64,000 bases of DNA from NCBI RefSeq assembly GCF_036588685.1, contig NC_086382.1:54808001-54872000 (forward strand), given 5' to 3'. This document shows, in pieces, positions 24,993 to 39,003 of the stretch (its first letter is position 1; each line of letters starts with the position of its first letter). Both the position numbers and the translations under genes were made by a program. Under the pieces are notes generated by a model. It worked only from the letters and a program-made list of their open reading frames with translations, was not told the DNA's origin and made no database searches. This DNA comes from Mytilus trossulus. Its lineage: Eukaryota.

Positions 24993-26498
24993 AAAAGGTA
25001 CAAAAATAGCAAATAAGTTGAAATATAAATAAAAACGTTAGGTTGATAATCGTTAATAACAAAAATGTCTTACTGGTCATGGAACATTGTTTTCGTCATT
25101 TGCTTTTCGACAAGAATTCCCCCTATTGTAGAAATTGAATTACCTGCAATAATTTTGAAAACACCTTTTTTATAATTTCTTCGTGCTTATGCAGGAAAGA
25201 GGAAAAATGTATGGCATTACCTGTAAAAAGAGTACATTCAAAGTGTATAGTACCAATGTTATTTCAACTGATTGGGCGGAGTTTATAAAAAGTAAAATCA
25301 CATAAAATACTGAACTTAGAGGAAAATCAATTCGGAAAGTTCATAATCACATGGCAAAATCAAATAACAAAACGCATCAAAAACGAATGGACAAGGTATA
25401 CGACTGTCATATGTCAGGAACCTAGAGTGGTTGTATGTTTTCAAATTTAAATGTTTTTGTAATGTCATCTGAAAACTGTGATGTTGCAGACCGTTTTTTG
25501 TCATTGTTTGTTAAATTCAATCAAATTTTTTGACTCGAACAATTCAAAAATTAGCAAATGCTAAAGACACCTAACAATTGCTTGAAACCATACATGATCG
25601 TTGCCATCTAACAGAACTTATTGAAATATTGATCTTAAATTCAATGCTCGTATACCAAAGATTTTATTTCATATTCATATTAGGATACGTAATATAGCGG
25701 TATGTTCTTGTTATTGACGTTGGCTCAAATGTCGCTATAACCATTCTCAAATGATTACGTAAGGTGACTTATTAATCTCTGTGTTCCCTGTTAAGAGTTT
25801 TCTCACTGGTTGCTATATCACATCTTCTTTTTTTATATCATGAAACATTATCTATAATCAGTTTCACAAAAACTCGTATGACTTAAAAAATCAGTTTACT
25901 GTGTTCAACTTATTGCTTTTGGGCACTGATAATATAAAACTAAACTTTTACTGCTCAAACTGAAACATTTGTCTTTTTACTAAATCTTCGCCGCATGGTC
26001 TTTTCTAATTATAGTTCGTTTTAGTGTTAAATGTTTTGGAAATCATTAGTTACTATGAAGAGTAGTAATCAGTGTTCAATAATAATATGCTCTCTGAACA
26101 TCTTTTTTATTTTCTGTTTCAATACTTTTGTATTGCTCCCGATAAAATCCAAGACACCACCTTTTTTCTTGATTTATATGTTAGATGTTTTTTTCTATAG
26201 TTGAATGATCGTGTTTTCTAACGGTTGTAAAGCTATTTTTGTCTCTTGAGATACCATATTGTCTCACAACTACAACTCATCATTGTTTCTGTCAATTTCT
26301 ATCACAAAATCTAACTGCATATTCTAACTTTTGTTTTGAAATTGGTCTGGCATCATTTAATCTTTTTGATAATGTTATAAATAGACTTTAATTCTACATT
26401 TGCCTGTAATATCTCTATGCAGATTTGATCAATTTTCCTCATAGATATTTTAACACCTCATTTTTTACAATTGAGTGATGTTTCATCGGCACTCATAC

Positions 26499-27315
26499 AT
26501 TGTACTTGATTGGCTTTATCAATATGTTGATATGAGCGTCTTATGTAGACGAAACGCGCGTTTGACGTTCTAAATTATAAATCTGGTACCTTTGACAGCT
26601 ATTTACACAACTGGGTCGATGCCACTGCTGGTGGATGTTTCGTTCCCGAGGGTATCACCAGCCTAGTAGGCAACATTCCGGTGTTAACATGAATATCAAT
26701 AATGTGGTCATTTTTATAAATTTCCTGTTTACAAAAAGCATATATTTTTCAAAAACTAAGGATTTTCTTATCCCAGGCATAGATTACCTTAGCCGTATTA
26801 GGCACAATTTGTTGGAATTTTGAATCCTCAATGCTATTCAACTTTGTACTTGTTCGGCTTTATAAATATTTTGATATGAGCGTCACTGATGAATCTTATG
26901 TAGAAGAAACGCGCATCTGGCGTACTAAATTATAATCCTGGTACCTTTGATAACTATTTACACCACTGGGTTGATGCCACTGCTGGTGGACGTTACGTCC
27001 CCGAGGGTATCACCAGCCGAGTAGTCAACATTCCGGTGTTGACATGAATATCAATAATGTGGTCATTTTTATAAATTTCTGGTTTACAAAAACCTATCTT
27101 TTTCGAAAAACTAAGGATTTTCTTACCCCAGGCATAGATTACCTTAGCCGTATTTGGCACAACTTTTTTGGAATTTTGCATCTTCGATGCTCTTCAACCT
27201 TGTACCTGTTTGGCTTTATAAATATTTTGATATGAGCGTCCTTGATGAGTCTTATGTAGACGAAACGCGCGTTTGGCGTACTAAATTAAACTCCTTGTAC
27301 ATTTGATGACTAATT
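26499..27315 (+). mobile_element. Tandem non-LTR retrozyme array: ~2.3 units of 344-356 bp with three damaged type I hammerheads
   Basis: Unit landmark GGCTTTAT.AATAT.TTGATATGAGCGTC at 26512, 26856 and 27212, each followed by a hammerhead remnant ending GAAACGCGC. Confidence 0.85.
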
Positions 27316-29304
27316 GTACCACATCTTCGTATGTATATTTTCCATACACAAAATGTTACTAGTATACGATAAAGATAATTTATGACTTTTAAAACCACCT
27401 TTATTACTGAATACATTTTGACAAACATGTATTAATTTGCTCTTAGTAGATACGATTAAAAAACTTAACCAACGATGAAAGTAAGGAAAATATAAACAGA
27501 CAACTTATTAAACCAGGCTAATGAATCTTCATATCCATACAGATATTAGTTTAATACGTATTGTGGTATATCGCTATAGGGACACTTCATTTGATATATG
27601 GTGTTGAGTTTAAATACCAATAGAAGACTTCAAAGTATTTTACAATATTTTAAGGTTATTTTAATAAACCCGCGAGATTATCTCGTGATCCTCATGGTCC
27701 GAGAACACAATTATTTTCTTGTGCATTTCTTTTAGAACATAAATGAAAATAGAAAAAAATTCAACCTTCGCTTTCTCAAAGAAACTTTTACAGTGTGTTG
27801 TACCACTTTTGGGACAAATGAAATCAAAATGATAGAAAACTTCATCGCCTCTAACTTAACATAGGGACAACCTTATGTTTATGGGCGTCTTGAAATCTTT
27901 TGACAGATTCCGAAGTGCTAATTTTAAACCTTTTTCTGCTGGACCAAATCCCTTCTTTCCTTTAAAATTCTGGACCCAAATTTTTTTACAGCGTAATTTC
28001 AACCCCCTACTTGCGATTTCAGGCATTAAACATAAATAAATTTGGAAGGGGTATAAAAATTAATGGCAGGTAACCCACTGTCAACACTAGGGACTATGTG
28101 TGAACAACGAAAATCAAGGGACGACAATGGTGGTCTCGGACTTTATACGAAACTGATATAAACTGTTACACTAATGTGATCAGCCTTAACAACTCAAGTT
28201 ATTTATTTTCACTTTCGCGAGCTAAAACTGACAATCAAACTAACAATATCAATACAAACAGTTTATTTTCTTTGTTTGTTGATTAAAGCGCAGACTAACA
28301 CATATGGCAAATATCCGTTTTTTGTCAAAAATCCATTACCTAGGAGATCAGTGAATATGATATTTTTCCCTTAAGGTTATGGATGTTTAACATCTACATA
28401 CTAAAACCTGTTGTGTTGTCCGCTTAATGTCCCTTTTGATTAACATTATGGAATTTAAGACCTACTGCATACCTGCAATGAAATATATCAAGTAAGTCAG
28501 AACACTGTCGTTGTATTCATCCTTGATTAAGTTAGGTGATGTGATAGCCATTTAAAGAAAGCTAATATCCTAGAAGTATATTGACATATAAAAAAAAGGT
28601 TTTATATCAACGGAGTAAAACCAAATACTATATTTTTATTGCAAACATGTTCTTCTACATGTCATTACTTTGTACAGTAATAAAAGAGTCGATACGTTTG
28701 GCACCGCCTGTACTGGGTAATTTACTCTACTCTGATTCTAACTTCTGATTCAAATAACCATACATCAAAACGATTTATGTCTGATACAAGCAAACTAAAC
28801 GAAGCATATTTTACTATGAAAGCAATAATTTCAAAATCCATGTGGTGCCAGTTTGTATGTTTTTATAACTAAGATAAGATACTTGTTATTTCAGTAGATA
28901 AAAAATAAACAAAAATAAACAATATCATACATTTTTCGACCAAACACAGGTTAATATATTGAGTATTTTATTTCATGGCTTGAACTTAATTATAGAATCT
29001 TAATAACAATACATCTGAGTGAAAAGTCAGTTAAGAGTCGTTGTTGACTAAACAATAATGTACAGGGTTATAAACGACAAAAATATGATAGATAATTAAA
29101 TATTGATACGTTCATTGCTTTATTTCAGGATATGTAAAAACAGTGCAAATTTAAGATTGCGTTTAAATGTGTTTTCAATATACATACAGGATATTGCTAT
29201 GCATTTATAATTGTGTACAACAAACAATAAGTAAGGTTCAAACTTTCATTACATTTAATTTGTATACTTCTATTAATCCCTTTTATTATTTTTTTTTAAG
29301 TTTG

Positions 29305-29520
29305 AGTTTTCCGAAATACTAAGGATTTTCTCATTCCAGGCACAGACTACCGTAGCCCTATTTGAAACAATTGTTTGAATTTGGGATCCCTAATGCTCAT
29401 CAACTTTGTACTTGTTTTGCTCTATAAATATTTTGATATGAGTTTCACTAATGAGTCTTATGTAGACAAAACGCACGTCTGGGGTATTGAATTATAAGCC
29501 TGGCACCTTTGATTACTATT
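29305..29520 (+). mobile_element. Partial diverged retrozyme monomer with degenerate hammerhead
   Basis: ACTAAGGATTTTCT..CCAGGCACAGACTACC ... CACTAATGAGTCTTATGTAGACAAAACGCACGTCTGGGGT. Confidence 0.75.
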
Positions 29521-29582
29521 GTCAAAAACTACCAATGTTTGCCCAAAGATGTAGAGCTGGTTTCATTTACTGATATTTTTCA

Positions 29583-29945
29583 ATTGAAAATGCAAGGTGG
29601 TTACCTACATTAAAGTGTTTTCTTTGTTTTCGTTATCAAACGATTCACACCGATTCCCACAATTTTCAAGGTTTTATAACGGAGTGCAATGTCTGTGTAA
29701 CATACAAAGTATCATTGACTATGCAAGAGTATAGTCGGTGTTAAATGTTAATTTCACTCACTGAAACATCTAGATATACATTTAACTCGAGATACAAGAT
29801 GCATGGTGAATAAGGCAGCAGACGCCAAAGTAAATCTTATTTTATCCAACGTTGAGTAATAAATGACCACTTAATAATACGACTAGCATTTCAGTGTGTT
29901 TAAGAATCAGGTCTGGAAAGACACTTGTCTATTAATTCTTATTGA
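29583..29945 (+). pseudogene. Decayed reading frame with two CxxC motifs
   Basis: IENARWLPTLKCFLCFRYQTIHTDSHNFQGFITECNVCVTYKVSLTMQEYSRC*...; 121 codons with 4 internal stops. Confidence 0.4.
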
Positions 29946-30959
29946 TTGCTTGAATCAAACGACTGGAAGCAATCGTTAATAAAGAAAGGGTTCAGTAGTC
30001 ACAAGACTAGTAACCGTGCAAAATGTATGTGTCTGTGTCCTATGGCAGGTGCTGTAGAAGTATTTTTTGTAATATCTTATCGAAATAAGGTTTTATTGAC
30101 TGTCTTTGTTCAATTTAGGTCGATAACTTGTTGAAAAAAACTTATTCGCGATTCTCCAACATTTGAAAAATCTACAAGTGAACGGCAATATATGTGCTTG
30201 GTGATTAATGATATATAACGAGTAAAAATATTGTTTTATGAAGATATATTGAGACCGGAATACCCGGCCACGTCCACTTTTATTTTTGTTCATCTGATGA
30301 GTTAAGCCTTTTTCAACTGATTTGTATGTACACTCCTACTCGCTAATTTAAACTCGAATTACAAAAATAGAACTTTAATATTCAATCGATTCATTACTTT
30401 TGAACTTGCCTTTATGATGTCCATTATTTTAACCGGTGATTTTGGAATATGAAAAGTCTTTATTTTGAAACATAGTGTAAGGGTGCAATTTGATAAAAGA
30501 AAAATGATAAAAGGATGTGAAATAGAAAAAAAATCTTGATTACATATTGCACTGATTTATAGGATGCAAAACATGTTCCTTAGAACTTTCAATAATGCAT
30601 TCAAGTCATCTACATATATATATAAAAAAATATATGTCTCAGCAGACAAACTATCATCAAATGATATATAACAGGAGGAAATCGAAGCTTGATGCACAAG
30701 TAATGTAATAATAGGAGCAAATCAGTTTGATGTTATCGCATCATTTCATGTTAATCAAAAGTTAAACAAAAGATCACTGTGTTAACACTAGACTGACAAA
30801 TGTACGTTCATTGTCAATATACTCAATGTAAGCTAATATTTTCTTGTTTCGTATCGACGAAAAATGATATAAATTGAAGAATAATAAAGTTTTCTAGTGA
30901 GACACCATAAACTGTAATTCAACGAAATCCAAAAATATACTGATCATCGTCAATCAATG

Positions 30960-31410
30960 GCAATTTGTTCTTCGCGACAAGACCTTTAATATCCACAATG
31001 TCTGTAATAGATAAACTGCCTCTAATATACACATTGTCTCTAATAAACAAATTGTTTTTAATATGCTCAATGTTTCTAATAAACAAACTGTTTCTAATAT
31101 ATATAATGTCTCTAATAAACAAACAATCCCTAATATACACAATGTTTCTAAAAAACAATCTGTCTATAATATAGATAACTGAATGCCTCTAATAAACAAA
31201 CTATCTCTTAGATACATTATGAATCTAAAACACAAAATGTCTCTTTTTGCGACAAGGCCTTTAATATACACATTGTCTCTAGTAAACACAATATCTCTAT
31301 TCGCGACAAGGCTTTTTTAATATACACAATGTATCTAATAAAACAAACTGTTTCTAATATACACAGTGTGTCTAATAAAACAAGGTATATGATTGTCAAT
31401 AATATACACA
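30960..31410 (+). repeat. ~39-bp minisatellite
   Basis: TCTAATAAACAAACTGTTTCTAATATACACAATGT-like units; the ORFs here are periodic artefacts. Confidence 0.85.
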
Positions 31411-32508
31411 AACAGCGAATTGCAAAGAAACAGTCTATACCATGTATAAACTAATTACTGTTATTGAATGCATGTGCTTGTAAGTATTGTATATGTAGCT
31501 GTACTTACATTGGTTGGTGGGTTTAAAATCAATTTCAATTTGAAGAACAGTGTGCTACAAATGTACAAACGACTTTGGTAGGGAATTTTTGTTTTTTTGA
31601 AATATGTCTTAAAAGAAAAAAACTAAAAATACAGATCTCCGAGGAAAATTCAATCGGAAAATCCCTAATCATATAGCAAAATCAAATTCAAAGCCCATCA
31701 AACGAATGGACAACAACTGTTATTGCTTTAAGACGTGTTACGGTACTTTTATATCCCAATTTCAAGTTTTTAGTTTTGATGTTATACTTTTGATTCTCAT
31801 CAGATTTTGTCTAAATAAATTGCTAAGTTCTTTTCTGTGTGTGTTAAATTTTTATGTTGGTCGCCTCTAATATTTATTGCGTTTCCCTCAGTTTTAGTTG
31901 GTAGCCCGAATTTGTTTTTTCTATCAATTTATGAGTTTTGAACAGCGGTATAGTATTGTTAACTTTATATAAACTTGACTTGGTACAGGCAATTTCAAAT
32001 GTATAAAATGGTGGATTGCACCTGGTTTTATAGCGCTAAACCTCTCACTTGTACGACAGTCTCATCAAATTTCGTTATATTTACATTTACAACAATGCGT
32101 GAACAAAACAAAAATAATGATAAAATAGTCAAAATATGGGTACATAAGTCATTACTGCATTACAATCTTAAACACACAATTCTACACAAAAGCACTAAAG
32201 CATCTATCAAATTTAAAACACATTCATTGCTACGCGGGTCTGACGTCATAAAATGTAAACGTCACATAGAAAGTAATATTGTCGTTCAACTTTTATTCAA
32301 AACAATTTTATAATGTCACATGGGGAATGTTGGCTGAATAAAATCAAAATTATGTTAGAATCAATATCAGAAATAGACCAAGATTTAAAACAGAAGTTCT
32401 TTAGAAATTTTAAAATGCCACAAATGGTTAATACCACTACGCGATTAAAATAATTTTGTCTAACTGTTTATCAATTAAAAAAAGCCCGGTATATACTCCT
32501 TAATACAC

Positions 32509-32790
32509 CTATCTACGATTGTCCTCATTAAATAAAGGACGTCCATATAAAATCCCCGTTATATCTGTTTTGTTTGGTTTTGTAAAGTGTTGTTTAGCAT
32601 TAGGTTTTTCAGTGACATTGCGTTGGAAGTGTATTTCCGTCTTGAGATTATGAAAGTAACTTTCGTATATATCGTTTTCTAGTTTCAACATCTTCCATAT
32701 ATACTTTGAATTGAGACACAATCCATGCTGGTCAATGTATTTTTGCAATAAACATATTTCGGTAAAGTTTGATCCTCATTGACTTAAAGA
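32509..32790 (-). pseudogene. Coding-like fragment of unknown family
   Basis: 88 open codons: GSNFTEICLLQKYIDQHGLCLNSKYIWKMLKLENDIYESYFHNLKTEIHFQ...GILYGRPLFNEDNRR*. Further decayed minus-strand frames at about 33520-33665 and 34610-35100. Confidence 0.45.
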
Positions 32791-33666
32791 TTGTTCTTAG
32801 TTATGTTAATTACGATAAATCAAATCTTTTGTGAAAGATTACACGACTATTGTTTTGAGATGAGTAAAAAATGAAATGTATATGACATTAAACTGAGGAT
32901 ATTTCAAAGTGACGGACGTATTGATTAATGAGATATTTAGACAGAAAGGCTTATAATAGACGTCTTAATCACACTTGACCACTCTTCATTTAAAAAACTA
33001 TTTATCATAGCAGTGTCTCAGCAGGAAAGACCTTGTCTATCAACGGTCACTAAATATTGATGTTTATCCAGAAAAAAACCCCGGCAAAAGCTGTTATTTG
33101 CATATTCTACTACATCTAATAGTTCTTTTAGAAAAGCGCTCTTATGAACAACATATTCTTTTTTCTGTAAAACATTAGACAAACTTTAAAGACAACAGTT
33201 TAAATAAAACAATGCTCTCAACCCGCATCTATAAAACATTTCTGTAAATGGTAAAGAAAGAATTTGTGATAATTTTTGAAATTAAATAGTCTTTCATTGT
33301 CCAAATTTACACCTAAGAATATATTTCACTGAAACGAAATTGAGGCTACATCATTGATCTAATACCATTACTTAAAACGTTGAAATCAATCGCAACGTTT
33401 GCGCTTTTGATATAATAATAAAGAATTATTTAAAAATTATATTTATAAATCAATTGTTGCAAACCTTCGATTATTTTTCAAAAACAAAATCATCTATTAT
33501 AAATAGTTAAAAAAAAGATGTCCATGTTCAATAACAAATTTCCTCAGCAAGGTGTGGTCAAATCTTCATGTATTTTGGAACTTGAATAATTGTGTGTACT
33601 TGTCAAATCTTTGATGTTATTTGTTTCTTTCTAAACTGTTGAGATATCTCTATTGGGAAGTGTGTT

Positions 33667-33841
33667 ATTACCTTAGCCGTATTTGGCACAACTTTTTGAA
33701 CCTTTAGATCCTCAAGCTCTTCAACTTTTTACTTGTTTGGCTTTATAAATATTTTGATATGAGCGTCACTGATGAGTCTTATGTAGACGAAACGCGCGTC
33801 TGGCGTACTAAATTATAATCCTGGTACCTTTGATAACTATT
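33667..33841 (+). mobile_element. 5'-truncated retrozyme monomer
   Basis: Closely matches 27138-27315 and 26783-26958. Confidence 0.85.
33763..33806 (+). ncRNA. Consensus-intact minimal type I hammerhead ribozyme
   Basis: Stem I GCGTCA/TGGCGT, CTGATGA, stem II GTCT-tatgt-AGAC, GAAA, palindromic stem III ACGCGCGT, GUC triplet (cleavage predicted after 33800). Confidence 0.9.
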
Positions 33842-36009
33842 GACACCTACATAATGCACAAAACCACGTTTGCCCACTTGGTCTAAAATTTTCAAAATAT
33901 GCACAATCATAATATTTTAGTATGCTATTTTTGCGTTTAGGAATTGATTGCAATAGCCCGACAGTGTGAGGGCTCACCTAAAAGTATAAGTCGTTATAAA
34001 GTACTAGTTATTTAGTTTAGTCAGAAACAACAAGTATACAGCCTGTAATATAAGGGAGTGACAGATACCAGAGGAACTTTTGATTTCATACGTCAAAAAT
34101 AGAAAAATTAAGTGTTTTAAAAACTTTATTATCTAGAAATATTGCCGTAGCACATATATTAGGTGTGCAAATGATTACGGTTAACGGTAGGAAAACAAAT
34201 ATTTGCATACCTACGAAGAAATATATAGAAAAGGGGAAATAAACAATTAAAATACATATTCATTATTTTTATTTTCACTTTTATTTGTAGGGTCGCCGTT
34301 TTTGTCGGTCACAGGTCTGAAATATTAAGAAGTAATCAAATATATATTTCAGTTGATAGTTATTAATTTCATTCTGTAGTTGATTTAGGTCGAACTGTCT
34401 GTGCAGATCTATAAACTATTCGCCAGTATAATTTTATGTCTGATTGTTATAGCAACATAACTGAATAAATCAAGGCATTTTTTTTTTTACTTTAGATGTT
34501 GTAGATATAGATCAATGTTTGCTATAATGTAAAGCTAAGCATACTATAAGTTGATTTACTGTATATTACTTCAACACTTCATTAAATAAAATCAGCTGAT
34601 GAGATCTTACATAACTTCTTTATCGATGATATTCATTTAAAAACAAGTACGTTTTCTCCCGTTTCTCAATGTGTATACCTGGCATATCTTCTAACGTTTA
34701 ACGACATCCATGGTTTGAATGATTTTAGCAGTCGTAAGCTGAAGATGTACATGGGTTTTGTTCCTTTTAACTTAGCCACGATCTAATCTTTTCTATTTCA
34801 AAACAACAATTGTAATTTTTGTTCGTATTTAACATTCCATCGGCAACACAATGGCTTCTGCAAATACTTAAAGACCATCAACGTCGGAACCGTTTGTACA
34901 CAGCTTGGAAAACATTACAATTCGATGCTTTTTAGAAGTTCATCACCGATTCTGTTCTTGTTTCTATAATTCAGTTGTGTATACAAATTTGTGTACAGTT
35001 GTTTAGTTGTAAGTCTCTGTTGACATTTGATGCATTGTGGGTTTCTGTCACTTACTGGCTCATGATGATGGTAGCTTAATTGTTGTTTTATTAAATAACA
35101 CAAAAGCACATTTTAAAGGTCCATATCAAATTATGCCATTGTTATTTCGTTTGTAAAACATATTCAATTTCTGCACATTCTCTTTATAATATCTTCACAA
35201 ATTATAATCAATGTTATATACATCTAAATTTTTTGTCAAAATATTCAACGGTTATCGAACTTAAAAGCAGGAAACAAAGGCAACACTATTTTGTACATTT
35301 CAGAGCTAAAACTGCATGGTATCCTGCTTGTATCAATATTCCTAACCTAATGACCAAACACAGATGTAATAAATGTGATTCCCATTGATTAAGTAGCTTT
35401 TTAGACTGACGATTTTTTTCATAACCATTAGAACATAAAATGTTATAAATACAGACCATTGATAACCAATTACAAATAACACTTGTACTATTGTAGAGGC
35501 GTGACAAATTAAAAATCAGACATTGCAATTGATTTTGATTGTGTTAGCTTGGAGCGATAAATAAAAACATAGTACTCTTAAATAAGTGTTTAGAGTAAAT
35601 GTCTGGAAATGGCTTTTATTTATCATTGATCAGCAAATTACTTTAATAAGGAACAAAGTACGAAAGGGCACAGTTGTCAATTGAATCTTCCATGTGGTGA
35701 AAAATTGTAAAATAAATAATATGTCTTCATTATATGTGTACATAAATGCAAAAAGACAAATAGGAAACATACATCGTTAGAAACATCTTTATTCTCTGTG
35801 CTTTCGTTTTATCCAAATTAATCTGAATTGGTACATCAGAATAAAGTTACTCTCCTATTTTCTTCCACAGTTTGTGCATTTTTTCTATCTACTTTTTATT
35901 AATGCCTCTGCCTATTAAAACTATAATATGACCTTGAAATATTGTTTCTTAAATGGTGTCACAACGAGATATTTTTTTACTGTGCTCAACCAATCTTCAT
36001 GGAAGGAAA

Positions 36010-36342
36010 TTTACAACATTTTAGTTTCTATCGCTCTTCAGATAAACTGGTTTCTGCTTGTTCTCGTTAAAGCTGTAAGTAAATTGTATGTAAAAACACA
36101 AACTTACCAATGAGATTTGTTAGCTATCGAAACAAGTTGGATTTATTTTTTCCAATGAAGGATACTCAATTTTAATGAATGCTCACGATATGTTTGAGGA
36201 TTTCAATATCATACGTTAATCAAAAGCTTGCCTACCACAGTACGTTCAAAATGCAATCTATCAGACAATGTCTGTACAGAAAAAGGTCTGTGATTATCAG
36301 CATTGTATTCAATTAGTGTCTACTAGAGAATTCAAAAGCTGA
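36010..36342 (+). pseudogene. Decayed reading frame, probable paralog of 42270-42763
   Basis: ..NLPMRFVSYRNKLDLF/SNEGYSILMNAHDMFEDFNIIR*SKACLPQYVQNAIYQ.. Confidence 0.4.
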
Positions 36343-39003
36343 TATTTACACTGTTCGTTTATACTAATTAATGCTTTCAAAGAAACATAAATTAGGAATC
36401 TTAATTTGCTGTGTAAATATAATCAGAAATTTAACAGCAAATATGTCTCTCGACAATTGATATTGGATGCTTTGGGTTGACAGTGATAAGAACATGCACG
36501 ACATTTGTATGTTAAGATAATCTTAAAATTTTAAAACATCATGCTCCATTGTCAATAGTCGGTATCGTATTTGTGCCCATTATCAGAAATTGTAAATTCA
36601 GAAAGTAATGCGAGGTTTTACTAATGCGAATAATGCGACTCTTTAGATGAAAACAAAAACCACTCGCATTCGGAAAAATGATTCATATATATGCAAGAAA
36701 CATTTATTCACAACGCGATAATAGATGAACGATACAATGTCTGAATTGATTGTAATCTATTTATTGATATAACTTTTTTAATTTAAAGTATAAACTCATT
36801 CATTCTAGATTCTCGGAGATGCAGACCTATTTGCCACACATACATTTATAGCGTTAAAATGTCAACCTGTTTATCTCAAGATATATTTAATTTTTAATAG
36901 GCTATGGCAACACAGTCTTTGAGGAAATCCGATCTCGTGTTATTCATACTCGAAAAGGGTCCAATTTGATACTCATTAAAAGCAAAGTTTGTCACATAAG
37001 TTTGCTTTAAGGATTTAAAAAATTGATTCAAAGAAAATGAATAATAATTAGAAGAGAACAGCAATCAAAATCAAGGAGTAAATAAAGACTCACGAATCCA
37101 AAAGACGTTTACATCAACAGTTATAAATAACAAACAACACGAACTGCACTAAAAACCGGCAGTGAAATCATGTGCTCCGGAAGGGTAAACATTTCCTGCA
37201 CCGTATACGGCACCCGTCGTGTTATGTCTTTGTTCAGTTCGTTAATGGTCGAATATTATTATGACTGAGGAAGAAAATCAAGTATGATTCCTGACACACT
37301 TTTGTCATAATGGCCAATCAGCTATGTTACTTACGTAAATATATTTGACCACTCACAGGAAATGCATTCCAATACGTTGTGATATCTGTTTAGTAGTTAA
37401 GAAAAGATTTATAAAAATAAATAGTGTTGTTTTACTGAAGATCTCAAAATTGTGTACTGTTGTCAGAAATCCTATTGACTAGAATTAAAACCAACTTAGG
37501 ACTTGACATTAATTTGATAATAATGACAGTCATATAGTTACCTATGGTACTAGGATTCCCATCTTCTCTAGACTTGGAATGAAGATCAGCTTAACATGTT
37601 ACATGTATACAGAATATACAATGTAGACACCTGTCTACTGTGGACGCTGGTAAGTTAAACTCTTAATGTCTGATTTTACATCGTATGAACACCCAACATT
37701 TTTTTGTAAATCCTAATAAACACTTTTGAGTAATATAACATTGCTTTATGCTGATAATATGAAAACTGTTAGAGGCCGTATACCAAATCATCTGATTTTT
37801 TTTATATAGAAAAAAACAAAACCCGAAAAACAAAAACAAAAAAAACCTAAAATTCCTTATATTGACAATGAAACGTGACTAAACCAAAACAGACATATAA
37901 GGTAAAATGTCAAAAATAGGGTTACAAAAGTCAACATTGCGTTGTTATCTTAAGCACCAGTATAATAAGTATATATGTCAACAAAGAATACCAACTTAAT
38001 ATTTCAACATCAGGAAATTAAAATCACCATCGTCGCTGTCATTCAAATGAAAGTGTTTGGCACTTTCTTAAGTTTGTGTTTATTGATTATTATCTACATA
38101 GAGGCATACAGTACAAAGGGTAGATTCAAATCACTAGCCGAATAAAAATTCACAACGTGAACGACGATGGAAGGATGTACAAGTCCACACATTTTTTATA
38201 GAAAATTAAATACTTAGTTATATGAGTCCCATCAATAACCCATGACTGATCTCAGATGCAGCAGAAAAATACGTAGTTCCTGATTTCAGCATATCGTTGA
38301 TCATCTATGGCACATACAATTCAAAACAATCAACCAACTCGTAATGGCGTTTATAAACGTAAGAAAGCATGACTACCACTTCACCACTTGAAAACATTGA
38401 TTCCATAGCTTTTTGTAATCATTGACTCTCTATCGAGGACATCACGATATGAAAAAGTAAAATCGCAAAAATATTGAACTCCGATGAAAATTAAAAACAG
38501 GAAAGTCTCTTATCAATTGAACGCACGCCCTTGCAAATCGTTACGTGGAGAGATAAACTTCATATGTACTGTGAACTTCAAAAAAAATAAATGAAATAAA
38601 GTAACGTTAACATCACGATTATCTACGGGAAGTGAACTACATTGTCCGAGAATACAGTTAAACTTGTTACAAGGTGTTTTCTTTTATATGTAGGACTACG
38701 GATACAAATAATATCGTGTTACAGTTCCAATAATTTCATGAATTAAATTTTTTTTTTTTATTTTTTTTTTTAATATTAAACATATTTTATGAATTAATTA
38801 ATTGAAACTAACATAACCTATTTAAAGATAAGTAAACAGATTATTTTTAAAATTAAAGTAGTAATTAATGTATTGGAAAAATTAAAAGGGATAAATGTTA
38901 TTATCAGTAAAAGAAAATATTTTACTTATATCATAGGCAAAAGATTCAGATTGTTTTATCAAAGCTTTCGTTTTTCTATCATTTAATGTGTCCATATTCA
39001 TTT

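Noticed and set aside
30295-30325. CTGATGA as a hammerhead (also at about 748, 34596, 62781, 63037)
   Set aside because: No GAAA box after a stem II and no stems I/III.
30919-31411. Repetitive ORFs resembling LRR-like proteins
   Set aside because: 39-bp minisatellite open in several frames on both strands.
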